A stretch of 64,000 nucleotides of DNA from Haliotis rufescens (lineage: Eukaryota): NCBI RefSeq assembly GCF_023055435.1, contig NW_025963846.1, positions 21,886,001-21,950,000 of the forward strand, written 5' to 3'. A program made the translations under genes and the position numbers. This document shows positions 14,766 to 27,313 of this stretch, one piece after another. The notes beneath the pieces are model-generated. The model ran no database searches, was not told the origin of the DNA, and saw only the letters and a program-made list of their open reading frames with translations. Position 1 is the stretch's first letter. Each line of letters begins with the position of its first letter.

Positions 14766-14829
14766 TGTCAGGATGAGAACTGGACAAAGAAGGATGGTTG
14801 AGTGTGAAAGATTGTTTGAGTGCAGAGAA

Positions 14830-14983
14830 GTGAGTGAGTGAGTGAGTGAGTGAATGATTTAATGCTGCTTTTATCAATATTCAACTTCATCACTTTGGAG
14901 AGAACATTGTATCCATGAGGGGAATCAAACCTGAATCTTCAGCATGATCCAATGCTTGAACTGCATGCCTAACCCACAGCCCC
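14830..14983 (-). mobile_element. Family A SINE, degraded
   Basis: (GTGA)n tail, acattgtatccatgaggggaatcaaacc core and acccacagcccc head remnant. Confidence 0.7.
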
Positions 14984-17977
14984 TTTAGGATGAATAGGCC
15001 GATCCAGGATGGTGTCAATGGAATGGTTGGGTACAGTATGGGAGAGGGCGTTCTAAGTTGTGATTACTTGTGCCCAATCCTTTTCATGAGAATAAAATAT
15101 GTTTAAACTAAAACAGCTTTGGTAAGGGCGATGGCAGTAGGGAGATGAGGGTGGAATGAGGGTAGGGGTCAGTGATAACTTTTCCTGTAGGCTTCCCTGT
15201 CGGTGCCTTATGTGATATAACAGTTTCTTATTAATTAAAAAACACAACATCTTGATAACCCTCAAGGAAGAGATGAAGCCAAGAACAGACATAAAACCTA
15301 TAACATGCGCACCTTCCTGCAAATCTCATCACCCGTTCCTTGTTCCTGGTGTCAAACCAAGGAAGCACACAGGGACAGGGACACTCACATCTACAAATGA
15401 ACACTGGCCAGTATTCCTCTTAAATACCAAACACCAGCCGAGCTGAAGCAAAGGTTGAAGAATATCGCCTTTCAGGCATAAACACTGGAGAATATGGCAG
15501 CACATTCTTGTACTCCAAGAACAGAGCGGGGATAACGGGGATAACACTCCGGGGAAAGCCATCAGCGCGTTCCACATGGTATTTACCTCTCACAGCATCC
15601 AGGGACAAAAACTGTTTCATACTGATATGTTGTGAGTGGAGCATGTTGGTACATGGCCCTGGTGCCTATGTGAACTGTTTGTGCTGGGGAAACAGCCCCG
15701 CAATGCTTTACCTCTGATATTATACACAACTAACTTATCTTATACACAGAGACAGTGCCGGAGCATAAAGGAATCAATTCTCAAAACACTCAAATGTCAA
15801 CATTAATAATCACCGGAATGCATTTTGATACAATGGATCTGAAGTTCTAGGCCGATTTCTTTCACTTGAATGTTGACATTTCTGATGTTGCTTTGTCAAC
15901 ATTTTTTACAGATAACAACCATAAAAATTAATATCATCATCATTATCAAGGCAATTTTGCCTTTGTTTATCTTTTATAGGACAGACCAAGTACATTACAT
16001 TAATATCCTTTTTCCAAATGTCAGAAAAGGAAAGGAGCTTTTCCATTCATTGGCAACTCTGTTACATCAGATAAGACTTTATTTTCATAGGAATATGTAT
16101 ATATAAATCAAAATGTTTTGTCAATTTAAAAATTGTATCTGTTCTTTTAAGGCATGTTTCTGCAATAAACATAATCTTATCTTATCTAGGAATATAAAAA
16201 AAATTATCATAAATTCTAAAATGAACACAAACCGAAAATAGTTATCTTTTTCTGCAAGCATATAATTTTGACATTCATAATTCAACAATGCATTTATAAA
16301 GCACCTCGGGATGTACTTCATAGTTTTTCCTCAGCGCTAAATGCAAAAGTGGCCCTCGAGGAGTTGCCAAGTACACTGAGTTATTTACAAACTTTATCTG
16401 TCTGAATAAACAAGATAAAACAAACATACAAGTACATCACTTGAGGCAGCCGCTGCACCTGTCAAAAAACACAGGCGTGTTTTTATGTATATAATCTACA
16501 TTTTCCAGTTCAGATGCTGTTCATTGCTACATTGATAATGGACCATTCAAAATATATTAAGATTATTACACACTTATTCATAAAATGTAGACGTTCAACT
16601 TGAATTGTTCAGCCTTTATATAGTTTTATAATGTTTCTGACAACCCAAGTAACTCACAACCCATTTCCACATGTTCCACTATGTATAATTAACTAGGAGA
16701 GGTTTATTAATGTTAACATGGTTAGGTCAGTTTAAACTCACGGATTATTCTTCCCCAAACATGTTGATGATACCAAAAGTATAAAATAATGAAGACAAAA
16801 AAATCCTGTGGTGAACATGTTTCACATTATTTAATGGACAAGATCTTCTGAAGCATTGACTTGTTTGTAATTTTGCTGAAAACAAATTCCCAGAAATTTA
16901 TTCAAAAAACATTTTGTTCCTGTACTGACCGACAAAATCTGTAAAAGAAATCAAACAGACCAGACTTGATTGTGAATATGACATTCTAGACAAGAGAAGC
17001 TGCCATTAGTACACCCCATTCATGTTTTATTCACAAGCAAAACACAAACATCCCAGTATTCAGAGTCTTAATTTTCCCCAAACTGTCCACATAGGTAGTA
17101 AGTTCACAAAGGAAAATGAGAAATTCCACAGCAACCACTCCAGGAATGCTAAAAACAATCATTATTTACCACCTGTCATAGCAAAACAATGAAACCTGTT
17201 CCTGGGCCAAGATGAATGGACATAGAAAGTAACTTCAAACAGAACTCTACACCAGGCCATCTTCTGGAGCAGAGGTGAGCGGCTGACATGCCATGGCAAG
17301 GCTCCACACACATTTCTGGACAATAAATGTCCCTGTAGCAGTGACAAATGAGACCAACAGCATGATCACTATGCCGAAATTAAGATATCGAGACAATCCG
17401 GGAAGCCAACAATGAGAGATAGGTATTCGTACAAAACAATCTTGAAATTCAGAAACCTAACCTCACAATTCAACTTTAACCACCAACTTCAACCAGCATC
17501 CACATATTCTTGCTGTGTACATTTCTTGTTGGCACCATTCACGCTGTTGACAGTATGGAAGCAATAAAAACCTTATCTAATGTTCTAAACATCACTCTTG
17601 TTAATCTGTTGCCCAAATGACCAATTCCTACCACCAGCCCATGATATTAAGTGCATCAATCTCCACTGTATGCTCAGACTGTCATACAACCTTCCATTCT
17701 CATATTGCAATTCAGGACATAAGTATAATTTTATTGCACATTTTATTTACCCAATGTGCAGATGTGACTTTCTAACCCCATTATTGGGCAGTCCATCTGT
17801 CTGTGCCTGCTTACTGCGGCTCTTCCCTCCTCACATGGCCATTCTGCCCCGCCAAGCAGGGATACAAGCGGCCATGTCAACAAAGCCATATCACACTATT
17901 TCCTTGGGCCATCTGAATAAACACACTGAAATTCTTCTTCCATCACACTTCTATCAACAGTTGTGGGCAGCTCCAAC

Positions 17978-19345
17978 CAGGCAAACCAGTGATGATTCTG
18001 GGCCAGTCATCATCAGTCAGTGCGGCCAGACATGATCGAGTCTGATGCAAGCAAGCCAAAGTTGATTCTGGGCCAGTCATTGACAGTCAGGGCGGCCAGA
18101 CATGATCGAGTCTGAAGCAGGCAAGCCAAAGTTGATTCTGGGCCAGTCATCGACAGTCAGGGCGGCCAGACATAATTGAGTCTGATGCAAGCAAGCCAAA
18201 GTTGATTCTGGGCCAGTCATCAACAGTCAGTGCGGCCAGACATGATCGAGTCTGAAGCAGGCAAACCAGTGTTGATTCTGGGCCAGTCATCGACAGTCAG
18301 GGCGGCCAGACATGATCGAGTCTGAAGCAGGCAAACCAGTGTTGATTCTGGGCCAGTCATCGACAGTCAGGACGGCCAGACATGATCGAGTCTGAAGCAG
18401 GCAAACCAGTGTTGATTCTGGGCCAGTCATCAACAGTCAGGGCCACCAGACATGATCGAGTCTGAAGCAGGCAAACCAGTGTTTATTCTGGGCCAGTCAT
18501 CGACAGTCAGGGCGGCCAGACATGATCGAGTCTGAAGCAGGCAAACCAGTGTTGATTCTGGGCCAGTCATCGACAGTCAGGGCGGCCAGACATGATCGAG
18601 TCTGAAGCAGGCAAGCCAAAGTTGATTCTGGGCCAGTCATCGACAGTCAGGGCGGCCAGACATGATCGAGTCTGATGCAAGCAAGCCAAAGTTGATTCTG
18701 GGCCAGTCATCAACAGTCAGTGCGGCCAGACATGATCGAGTCTGAAGCAGGCAAACCAGTGTTGATTCTGGGCCAGTCATCGACAGTCAGGGCGGCCAGA
18801 CATGATCGAGTCTGAAGCAGGCAAACCAGTGTTGATTCTGGGCCAGTCATCGACAGTCAGGACGGCCAGACATGATCGAGTCTGAAGCAGGCAAACCAGT
18901 GTTGATTCTGGGCCAGTCATCAACAGTCAGGGCCACCAGACATGATCGAGTCTGAAGCAGGCAAACCAGCGTTTATTCTGGGCCAGTCATCGACAGTCAG
19001 GGCGGCCAGACATGATCGAGTCTGAAGCAGGCAAACCAGTGTTGATTCTGGGCCAGTCATCAACAGTCAGGGCGGCCAGACATGATCGAGTCTGAAGCAG
19101 GCAAACCAGTGTTGATTCTGGGCCAGTCATCAACAGTCAGGGCGGCCAGACATGATCGAGTCTGAAGCAGGCAAACCAGTGTTGATTCTGGGCCAGTCAT
19201 CAACAGTCAGGGCGGCCAGACATGATCGAGTCTGAAGCAGGCAAACCAGTGTTGATTCTGGGCCAGTCATCAACAGTCAGGGCGGCCAGACATGATCGAG
19301 TCTGAAGCAGGCAAACCAGTGACTGAATGCATGAGAACAAGCCAT
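17978..19345. repeat. 70-bp satellite, ~19 copies, derived from the family B body
   Basis: Unit gttgattctgggccagtcatcgacagtcagggcggccagacatgatcgagtctgaagcaggcaaaccagt, with an exact 70-bp period from 17991 to 19320. Confidence 0.97.
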
Positions 19346-20950
19346 GACAGCTTGCCACAAGAATTTTTTAATGTCTACTGGTATGTAAACAACTCAAAAT
19401 GGTTTGAATTAAGGCGATTTATTTTGCATATTTTACTTAAATATCCAGCAGGAGCAAAATATACTATTTCCGACATCTTTACATCTATATACATGCTAAA
19501 CAGGTGTAGACAGCTTGAGATGAACCTTTGCTAGGTTGCACAGACTTTTCTTTTCCCTATTCTCCCACTTACCATGGTGTAACACAGGTCAAGACCAGTT
19601 CTGCTCCAGGACAGATGACACAAGTTTACATAAGGCCTCTCCTTCCTAATGTTATGGTCTCACAAGTCAAGAGCTGTTCTGCTCCAATGCAGGACAGATG
19701 ACGAAAGTTTACAGAACACTTCTGCTTCCTAATACTCCCATGAGATGTTATAGTGACACAAGTCAAGAGCTGTTATGATCTAATGCAGGAGCAGACGACA
19801 TAAGCCTGCACGGATACTCATTACTCAGCCATCAAACTATCACAAGGAGATTACCTTCGACATTGAATAATGATCATCATATAGTTTTATCTCAAGCAAA
19901 CAACATAAACTTTACACAGGGGTATTTTTTCTTATCACACTTCATCAACAGCTGCACGGGGATGATCCTAAAACAGACAACACCGCCTTCAGCAGGAGAT
20001 CTATAATCCTTTCATGCTTCACTGACCTGAGTGGGTACTGCCAGTCGTGAGCTGTAGCAGAGCTTCACGAGACGCTACGGCAAAAGTATGATTGACGAGG
20101 ATGTGACAAAAACTTGAGACGGAGGCCTCTATTTCATCATACCTGCAATTAGTTGGGGTGTCAACAGAAGCGAGGATGTGTGCCGGAGCAGACAACTTCC
20201 TGTTAAATCTGGAATTGTTATTGTAACCTGCCACCACAGGGCATTGTGGGTAGATTGAGTCATGGGACAAGGTTAATATCGATGGTGAAGAATCGAAATT
20301 AAATCTTCAATCATGAAGTGATTATTTTTTTCAGGAGATAAATTGAATTAGGTTGGTGCTGTCATCCCTATCACAGTGTTGTAACAACGTTGACGAAACT
20401 TTTTGAAGCTAAGCGAACATCCATGTGAATTAGCAACAAAGTGATATGCAAGCACGAGTAAACTTTGAATTTTTTTGAGCTGGACCAATGCATGAAAGAT
20501 TTCACTTATTTCACTTGTGTGCAGAGTCAAACACGGCAGAGTAACAATACAATCAATGTACAGACAACCAACACACTCTCCACATTTGTTTCATTAGGAC
20601 AGAGAGACTGTTGGTAAAGGATACATTCAATAACAATGAACCTTTCTGAACCACAACATTCACAGTGTATATGTCGATAAACTAATGCCTAAACATGGTA
20701 TATCTTAAAGCAAGCAGCATCCCCACTGCATCTGACACCCTCCTATCGCTGTGTACATCTGCACTGTCTGGTGCTGTGGTGGTTATCATTGATCCTCCAG
20801 ATACAGGAGGGATCGGGATGTGGCTGATAGGAAAATCGGTCGCTTCCGTCTTCAGTGAAATATACACTGGTTCTTGCTGTATTGGAGCAATATGAAGGCT
20901 TGTGATAAAAGTACAAGCTTTGACCATGTTGGGATTCCAACCCAACTGTA

Positions 20951-21190
20951 TGAGGTGAGGTGTAATGGGGTTTAACGTTGCGTCCAAGATTATTGCACTT
21001 ATACAGCGACATGCATGCACGTGTGTGTGTATGTGGCTGCTTTAGTTGTACTAGTCCAGACTGATGCCGATTTATAGTGCTAGCCCACTGAGATACCATG
21101 CCGCAGTTTAACATGAATACCCCACTCAGACACAGAATACTGACTCCGAGCCGACCAATCCTTGTTTTAGCCCCTCAATGCTGAGCGCCA
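20951..21190 (-). mobile_element. Family C SINE, 5'-truncated
   Basis: High identity to 6631-6858. Has the (TGAGG)n tail end and lacks the tRNA head. Confidence 0.9.
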
Positions 21191-21523
21191 TGGGTGGGTG
21201 GGTGAGTAAGTGAGTTTAATGTGTGACACTCCAGTTGGCAATAGGTTCTGTCCGCACATTCTGCGGAGGATGAGGAACACTTCCTGCTCTCATGCCCACT
21301 GTATACAAACCGAAGGAGAAATAGCATGGCACTGTTAGAAATAGGCGACCCTTCCCAGACTGATAAAAACAACCTCCTAAAACAAATCATGAACCCTCCA
21401 AAAGAATGGTCAAGTTTTGTTGCCAGGACTGTATTTCCCATGTTTCAGCTGAGACCAACGAAACGGCCCAAATTAGATAAGTCTGTATCAGCCACAAATC
21501 TGTATACAAAGCAGAATCAGATA

Positions 21524-21869
21524 CCGTATTCGACGTAATTAGCGCCCAGGGCGCTCTCAAAATTAGAAATAGGGGGCACTTATTAGAATGTTATTTTGGT
21601 GAGAGAAAAAAACAGAGTTGAAAGATAAATTTCGTGGTTTATGCTGACAGCCTGAATGTTTATGTACGACAGATATATTTTTCCAGAATTAAATGCCCAT
21701 AATTAAGGGTGCATATAACACACGAGTGCGTATTATACGCAAATAAATAAGTCTTGTATACATTGATCAATCGAAAGGGGTGCTAATTGGGATTGTTCAC
21801 TAGCCAATATCTTAGCAAATGTCGCTGTGGGCGCTTATTAGAGCGGGGTGCTTATTACGTCTAATACGG
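21524..21869. mobile_element. Tc1/mariner-superfamily MITE, second copy
   Basis: Colinear with 7725-8068. TIRs ccgtattcgacgtaat / attacgtctaatacgg, with TA on the left and TG on the right. Confidence 0.9.
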
Positions 21870-22149
21870 TGGGTCTTTTTCTCCCAAATATACCCCGATA
21901 TATATATGCCAATAACGTCAAAAACGTGTAAAAATTATACATATGGACAGGGTTCTATCACCTGTATTTACATGTCCATCATGTTTTCATGCATTTATGT
22001 CATGTATATATATCATGTTCTTATCTCTACACCATATAAATACTCCAGTTGTGTACCAGTCCCAAGTGGGCATTTTTGTACTCTATTCTATTCTATTCTG
22101 TGTCAGGAAGGAAAGCCCCAGAATCAAACATAGGGTTTCCCAACTGTAA

Positions 22150-22243
22150 GAATGGGCTTCACAAATTGTACCCATGAAAGGAATAACATCAAACTTTCTG
22201 GCACGACAAGGGAATATCTAACCAACTAGTCTATCCCACTACC
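22150..22243 (-). mobile_element. Family A SINE fragment
   Basis: aatgggcttcacaaattgtacccatg core plus a degraded head. Confidence 0.55.
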
Positions 22244-23418
22244 TTGTGCAGTAAGTAATTATTTACTATGCCAGGAAACCTCAAATCCCCTACTGTTCCC
22301 ACAGAACTCCCTCCCGCCATCATCCCCCGGCATCAGATCAGATCGCAGCCCAGCTGAGCACCAGACAACTCTAAACCTGCACAGATGGTCTCCCTAGGGT
22401 TCAGCGGATCTAGATTGGCCATGTTTCCACAAGGACTACAAACAATACCCCCTTCCCTTCTAAAATCTGCAATACTCTCACACCAGGGACCCCTATCATC
22501 TAAATCTTGTTTGTGATTGGATGACAGTCAGGCACGAGTTGTCTGTGCATACAGAGATCTCACTAAGAGATTTAACATTGAAACAATCCTCCCATTTGGA
22601 AGTGTAACCTTTGTGTGTTGTGTTTATCTGAAGCTGAAGCTGATAGCATTGAGGAAGCTGGTATCCAATGCCTTGCAGGAGCTTGTTAACTGGAAGCAGG
22701 AAGATTCCATGGCTTAATGCGAACAGTAATACCATCCAAGTGCTACACAACGTGGGCTCTTGGATTCAACTGTTGACATACCGACTCCGCAGAAATATCA
22801 CTTTCATAACAGTGTCAATTATGAAGTTGTACCCATTCAACTATATGCTCTCCAAATAAACAGGAGTAATCTTGAAAGAAGGTAAATGTTTGAGATGGGA
22901 GCAGTGATAAGCTAACATGGTCCACACAAAATATTTGTTGTTTCTGAAGAATATACAATATGTTCGTGACGGTATGCTTGTTAAAGCCAAATGCCTGGCA
23001 ACACCGTCATTTCCTTTAAGGAACACTAAACTCACCCAACATACGGCTCCAAGGCTAAAGTCAATATTCAATTTTTAAATGTTAAAACAAAGGATTTAAA
23101 TTTTCAAATATGACTTCAATATGAACAGTGCATTATTGTTTATTATAAATGCTCGCGACAAATGACAATGAAAAAGAACTCCAGCTCTCACGGCAAGCAT
23201 TAGGTGCTGGGGGCCCGTTTTAACATGGGAATGTACTTTGGAGAATAATGACCCATAAGAACTTCATATGACAGCAGTGGCCATAACGTCAATCATATGG
23301 AAACAATTGCTACAATATTCCTATGGGAAGGAACATGAAATATTTTATATAAGAGGATAATTTCAATATGATAACTTATTAATGGTCTGAGAGACACAAA
23401 CCTACCACACGTTTGTTG

Positions 23419-23433
23419 AGCGCCATCTGGTGG
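23419..23433 (-). promoter_or_regulatory. Candidate CTCF binding site
   Basis: The reverse complement CCACCAGATGGCGCT matches the bilaterian CTCF core consensus. Motif match only. Confidence 0.45.
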
Positions 23434-23771
23434 AGGTTGCCATAGGGGAGATGAATGTATTCTGCCCAATTAAACTAAACCATCATAAAGCATGGTCACT
23501 TACGTGATCAGTTGCGGTAATAATTACGATTACGGAGCCAGAAAAACCATTTCCAACTCCCATGGGTCCTTTCTAAAAGTGTAATCACTTTACAAGTGGC
23601 ATCTGCCTTGCCCCACCTCAGATACACTTTACATAATCAGCGGCATAACACCAGGTCACGGCCATGTGTTGCTCAGGCAAGGTCTGAGAACTAGGATCGA
23701 AACGTCTAATGACATCATTCCTGATTGGTACAATTCCAAATTGGAATAGTTCGAAACCATCAAAATATTGC

Positions 23772-24106
23772 GTTTGTTTGTTTGTTGTTTAGCGCCACAC
23801 TTAGCAACATTCCAGCCATTTCGAGGCTATTTTTTTTTTGTGCAAAAAAAAGGCAACAAAATGTCCCAATGAGGATTTGCGCCATAAAGATCTTCCATTG
23901 CCACACTCAGCAACATTCCAGCTTTATGATGGTGGTCTGTAAATAATCGAGTCCAGTGATTGATATCATGAGCACTGATCCACACCATTGGGATATGATG
24001 ACATGCTTCAACCAAGTCAGTGAGCCTGACCACCCTATCCTGTGAGTCGCCTATTACTGCAAGCATGGGTTGCTGAAGATCTATTCTACCCCCACATCTT
24101 CACAGG
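23772..24106 (-). mobile_element. Family B retroposon, full length, tail interrupted by an 83-bp insert
   Basis: The reverse complement begins cctgtgaagatg..gggtagaatagatcttcagcaacccatgc and ends in (CAAA)n. The insert is at 23817-23899. Confidence 0.88.
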
Positions 24107-26563
24107 TCTCAAAGTACTGTGAACATTGGTTTTATAACATGTATAATCCAAACCATATGGGAATGATCATTTGAAATTTTCCCAGGCATATTTCATATTT
24201 TTCTGAATTACTCGTCAGATGTTTATGACTAAGATCACTGTGGGCTTTCATTATCTCACACAGTTATTATGAAACTGTGCCTCCGTTAGTGAGTGAGTGA
24301 GATTGGGTTCAACTCCAAAGTGATCCCACAATGGTGCAGCCAGGCCAAGGGTCAAAACAGCAGGGAACTCAACAACATAAAGATTTCCCATCAATCATCT
24401 TATGAAGAACACACAATGCTGAACCTGTCTGCATTACTAAATATCACCTTCAAAGTATCATATCAAAGATTCTAATCAAGAGAACACGGAAGGCCAGTAC
24501 AGACAATAAAGAATACCCACGTAAGTTTTTTTAACGAGTACTTTGTAACTATTCCAAAGAACAAGTGAGGAACTAATATCAATAAATTGCCTCCGACACA
24601 CAGGTCCTGATCAGTGCTATTTAATATTCCTCATCTCCGTGTCTCCGCGGCCGACCTCCTCTTTGTTCTTGTGCACTGAAACGTTCTCTCGTCCTCTTTA
24701 CTGACACAGTCAGGAAAACAAGTAATATTTCTTTATCAACATAACAACACAAGACATATTCTAATTAAATATTCATTTAGAAACAAGCCCCATACATGAA
24801 TCGTTGTATTGAGCCCGTGAGAGTCTCCAACGGCCCCTACCCACTCGATACTGCTAATTGAGGGAAAAGTTTATGCTCAATACCAAGGGGGGCAAGATCT
24901 TAACTATGGAGTTTACGATCACTGATACCAGCGCTACTGTAAATCGGACAACCCTTATAGTTAATCAATTGAAGGAATAATGATTTTCATTGTTAGAAAC
25001 AGTGATTCCAGCAATTATTTCTTTATGTGTTTGTTGTCCGGTATTATAAAGACGGAGGCTGTTAATCCTATACAAAGGATCAATTATTTCCGACTTTCGC
25101 ATGATTTCCGCTATGGACATAATCCTAAAGTAAACATACGCTGTGAAAACTGTGGACGATGAGGTTTCTCTCCTTGTCATTAATACTCACAATCTAAATT
25201 ACAATTAATCAAATTATCGTGATGAACTACCAATCTGACCTTTCATGACCGATTCAAAAGCAGCAATCTGTTGACTCATGAGTCATGGAAAATAAATCGC
25301 TTTTTTCATACCGTAAATCAAATATAATCAAAGTAAACCTTTTGAAAAAGCCAAAATCTGTCTCATGTCCCGTATTTTTCCACATTACGAGGGTTTTATA
25401 TTTTATCCATTAGATCTCTGTGTGTATCTCACAAATCAGGCGGGACTCAAAGTCATGAGTTGAAATAAAAGACGAAATAACGATCATCTCTATCATGTGA
25501 GTCACATGTTTGAATTTATACCCAGGATAACCACCACTATCAAGTCAAAAAGGGAAATAAAATCCCCCACATAACTTCAATGAGAATATTTGAAAAATGC
25601 TGATTCCTAACCCTGACATTAAGTACACCCTTGAAATGTTATTCATATCAATATCACATGTGAACTCTTGCGAATGGGGGTCAGCATGACCTGGAGAGAA
25701 CAAGAACATCACCATGTCATGTACCATTCCGAAACCTATTTCAAACACACGCCGCGTACATGGAGTAAAAAGAAGAAATTGCAATATCTTAAAAATTGAT
25801 TCAAGTACAAACATACACCATGAACAATGAAAAACTTAAATGAGCATTTATGTTCCAAGATCATGGATTTTAAATAAACTGTTATTTTTTTTGTAATTTT
25901 GTCATGATTTCCACCTATTTCAATATAAGTATGCTGTTTATCTCCACTGTTAGCCATACTGTAATAATATACAACGCAACATCAAGACAAGCTTACAAAT
26001 TACTTACAGATGAGGTATCTAATGTTTGGATATTTCAAGTTAACAGAAAACAGCAATTATTGTCATTAAATATTTTACATAAAAACTCAGCATGGAAAAA
26101 TGTCAGTCATGTTGTGTTTGTGGCTCGGCAGGTTGATTATAGTGTAGATCTTGCCAGACAATTAACTTCGGTTTCACCTCGTTAAAATATTTGAGATGAT
26201 CACCTTCTCTGTACCTAATGCCTGAAGTGATGTATCTTTCTTAAAATGTCACTGTGAAAACTTCAAAGTAATAGAGAGCGTCCATAAATTATTGACATCC
26301 ACTTTGATTTGACATAGACAAAAAGCTCATATTGACAGACAAAAACACATCAAATATTTTGTTCTCTGTAAGCTTGACTGCTTTTTGAACACAACAGGGC
26401 CATCTCAAACTTATTTGCATTCTCAACATAGTTTGCATTTCTAAAATCATAATCTTCACTGTTAATCTGATAATAAATAAGTCGCTGATCATACTGACAG
26501 TTATATCTTACCTGACTTACTGGAAATAAAAAATATAATCCCAAAACTGAACACAACACAAAT

Positions 26564-26742
26564 AAGCAAACTAATATTACATAAATTCACAAAAAGCAAA
26601 CTGATATTACATAAATTCACAAAAAGCATACTAATATCACATAAATTCACAAAAAGCTAACTAATATTACATAAATTCATAAAAGCAAACTAATATTACA
26701 TAAATTCACAAAATGCAAACAAATTTTACATGAATTACAAAA
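26564..26742. repeat. 30-bp AT-rich minisatellite, ~6 copies
   Basis: Unit aagcaaactaatattacataaattcacaaa. Confidence 0.9.
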
Positions 26743-27019
26743 TTACCATGATGGTATTTGGATTACAAAACTGTCCATGAAGAAAAAATCTATTTAAGTG
26801 TTGAGATGGTCCCCATGAAAAGCCCTGATTGCTGGTGACATGAGGCAGCTTCAGTGTATATCACACACCTGCTGATGAGCTTGTCCCAGAGATAACACAA
26901 TACTGTATCAACTACAGATAACTACAGGGGGTCCCTTGCCTTGCTGTGACATGCACAGCGCAAACATATTGTTTCCTGCACCACAAAGGGACACGTCTCC
27001 ACACCATACAGCTACTGCT

Positions 27020-27313
27020 GTGATCAAGGACAGATTTATGTTGTGAGGGTGGGGGGCGAGTACCTTGGGGGTGACTGCCATATGGGTTGTGATCGGGGAC
27101 AGAATAATGTTGTGAGGGTGGGGGGCGAGTACCTTGGGGTGCTGGCTGCCATATGGGTTGTGAGGTTGGTGATGCACTTTATCATACTGTAATGAGTTGC
27201 TGTGCAGTGATCTGGGACAGAATTATGTTATGAGGATGTGGGTGGGGGGTAGGGTATGTGTGTGTTGGTGTGGGGGAAGCTTACCTCAGGGTGCACACTG
27301 CCATATGGGTTGT
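27020..27313. repeat. G-rich ~69-bp repeat, two adjacent copies plus a diverged third
   Basis: gtgatc..ggacagaa..atgttgtgagggtggggggcgagtaccttgggggtg.ctgccatatgggtt at 27020 and 27089, and diverged from ~27207. Confidence 0.75.

Noticed and set aside
17991-19320. CRISPR-like regular repeats (also the other arrays)
   Set aside because: The units are contiguous with no unique spacers, there are no cas genes, and the context is eukaryotic.
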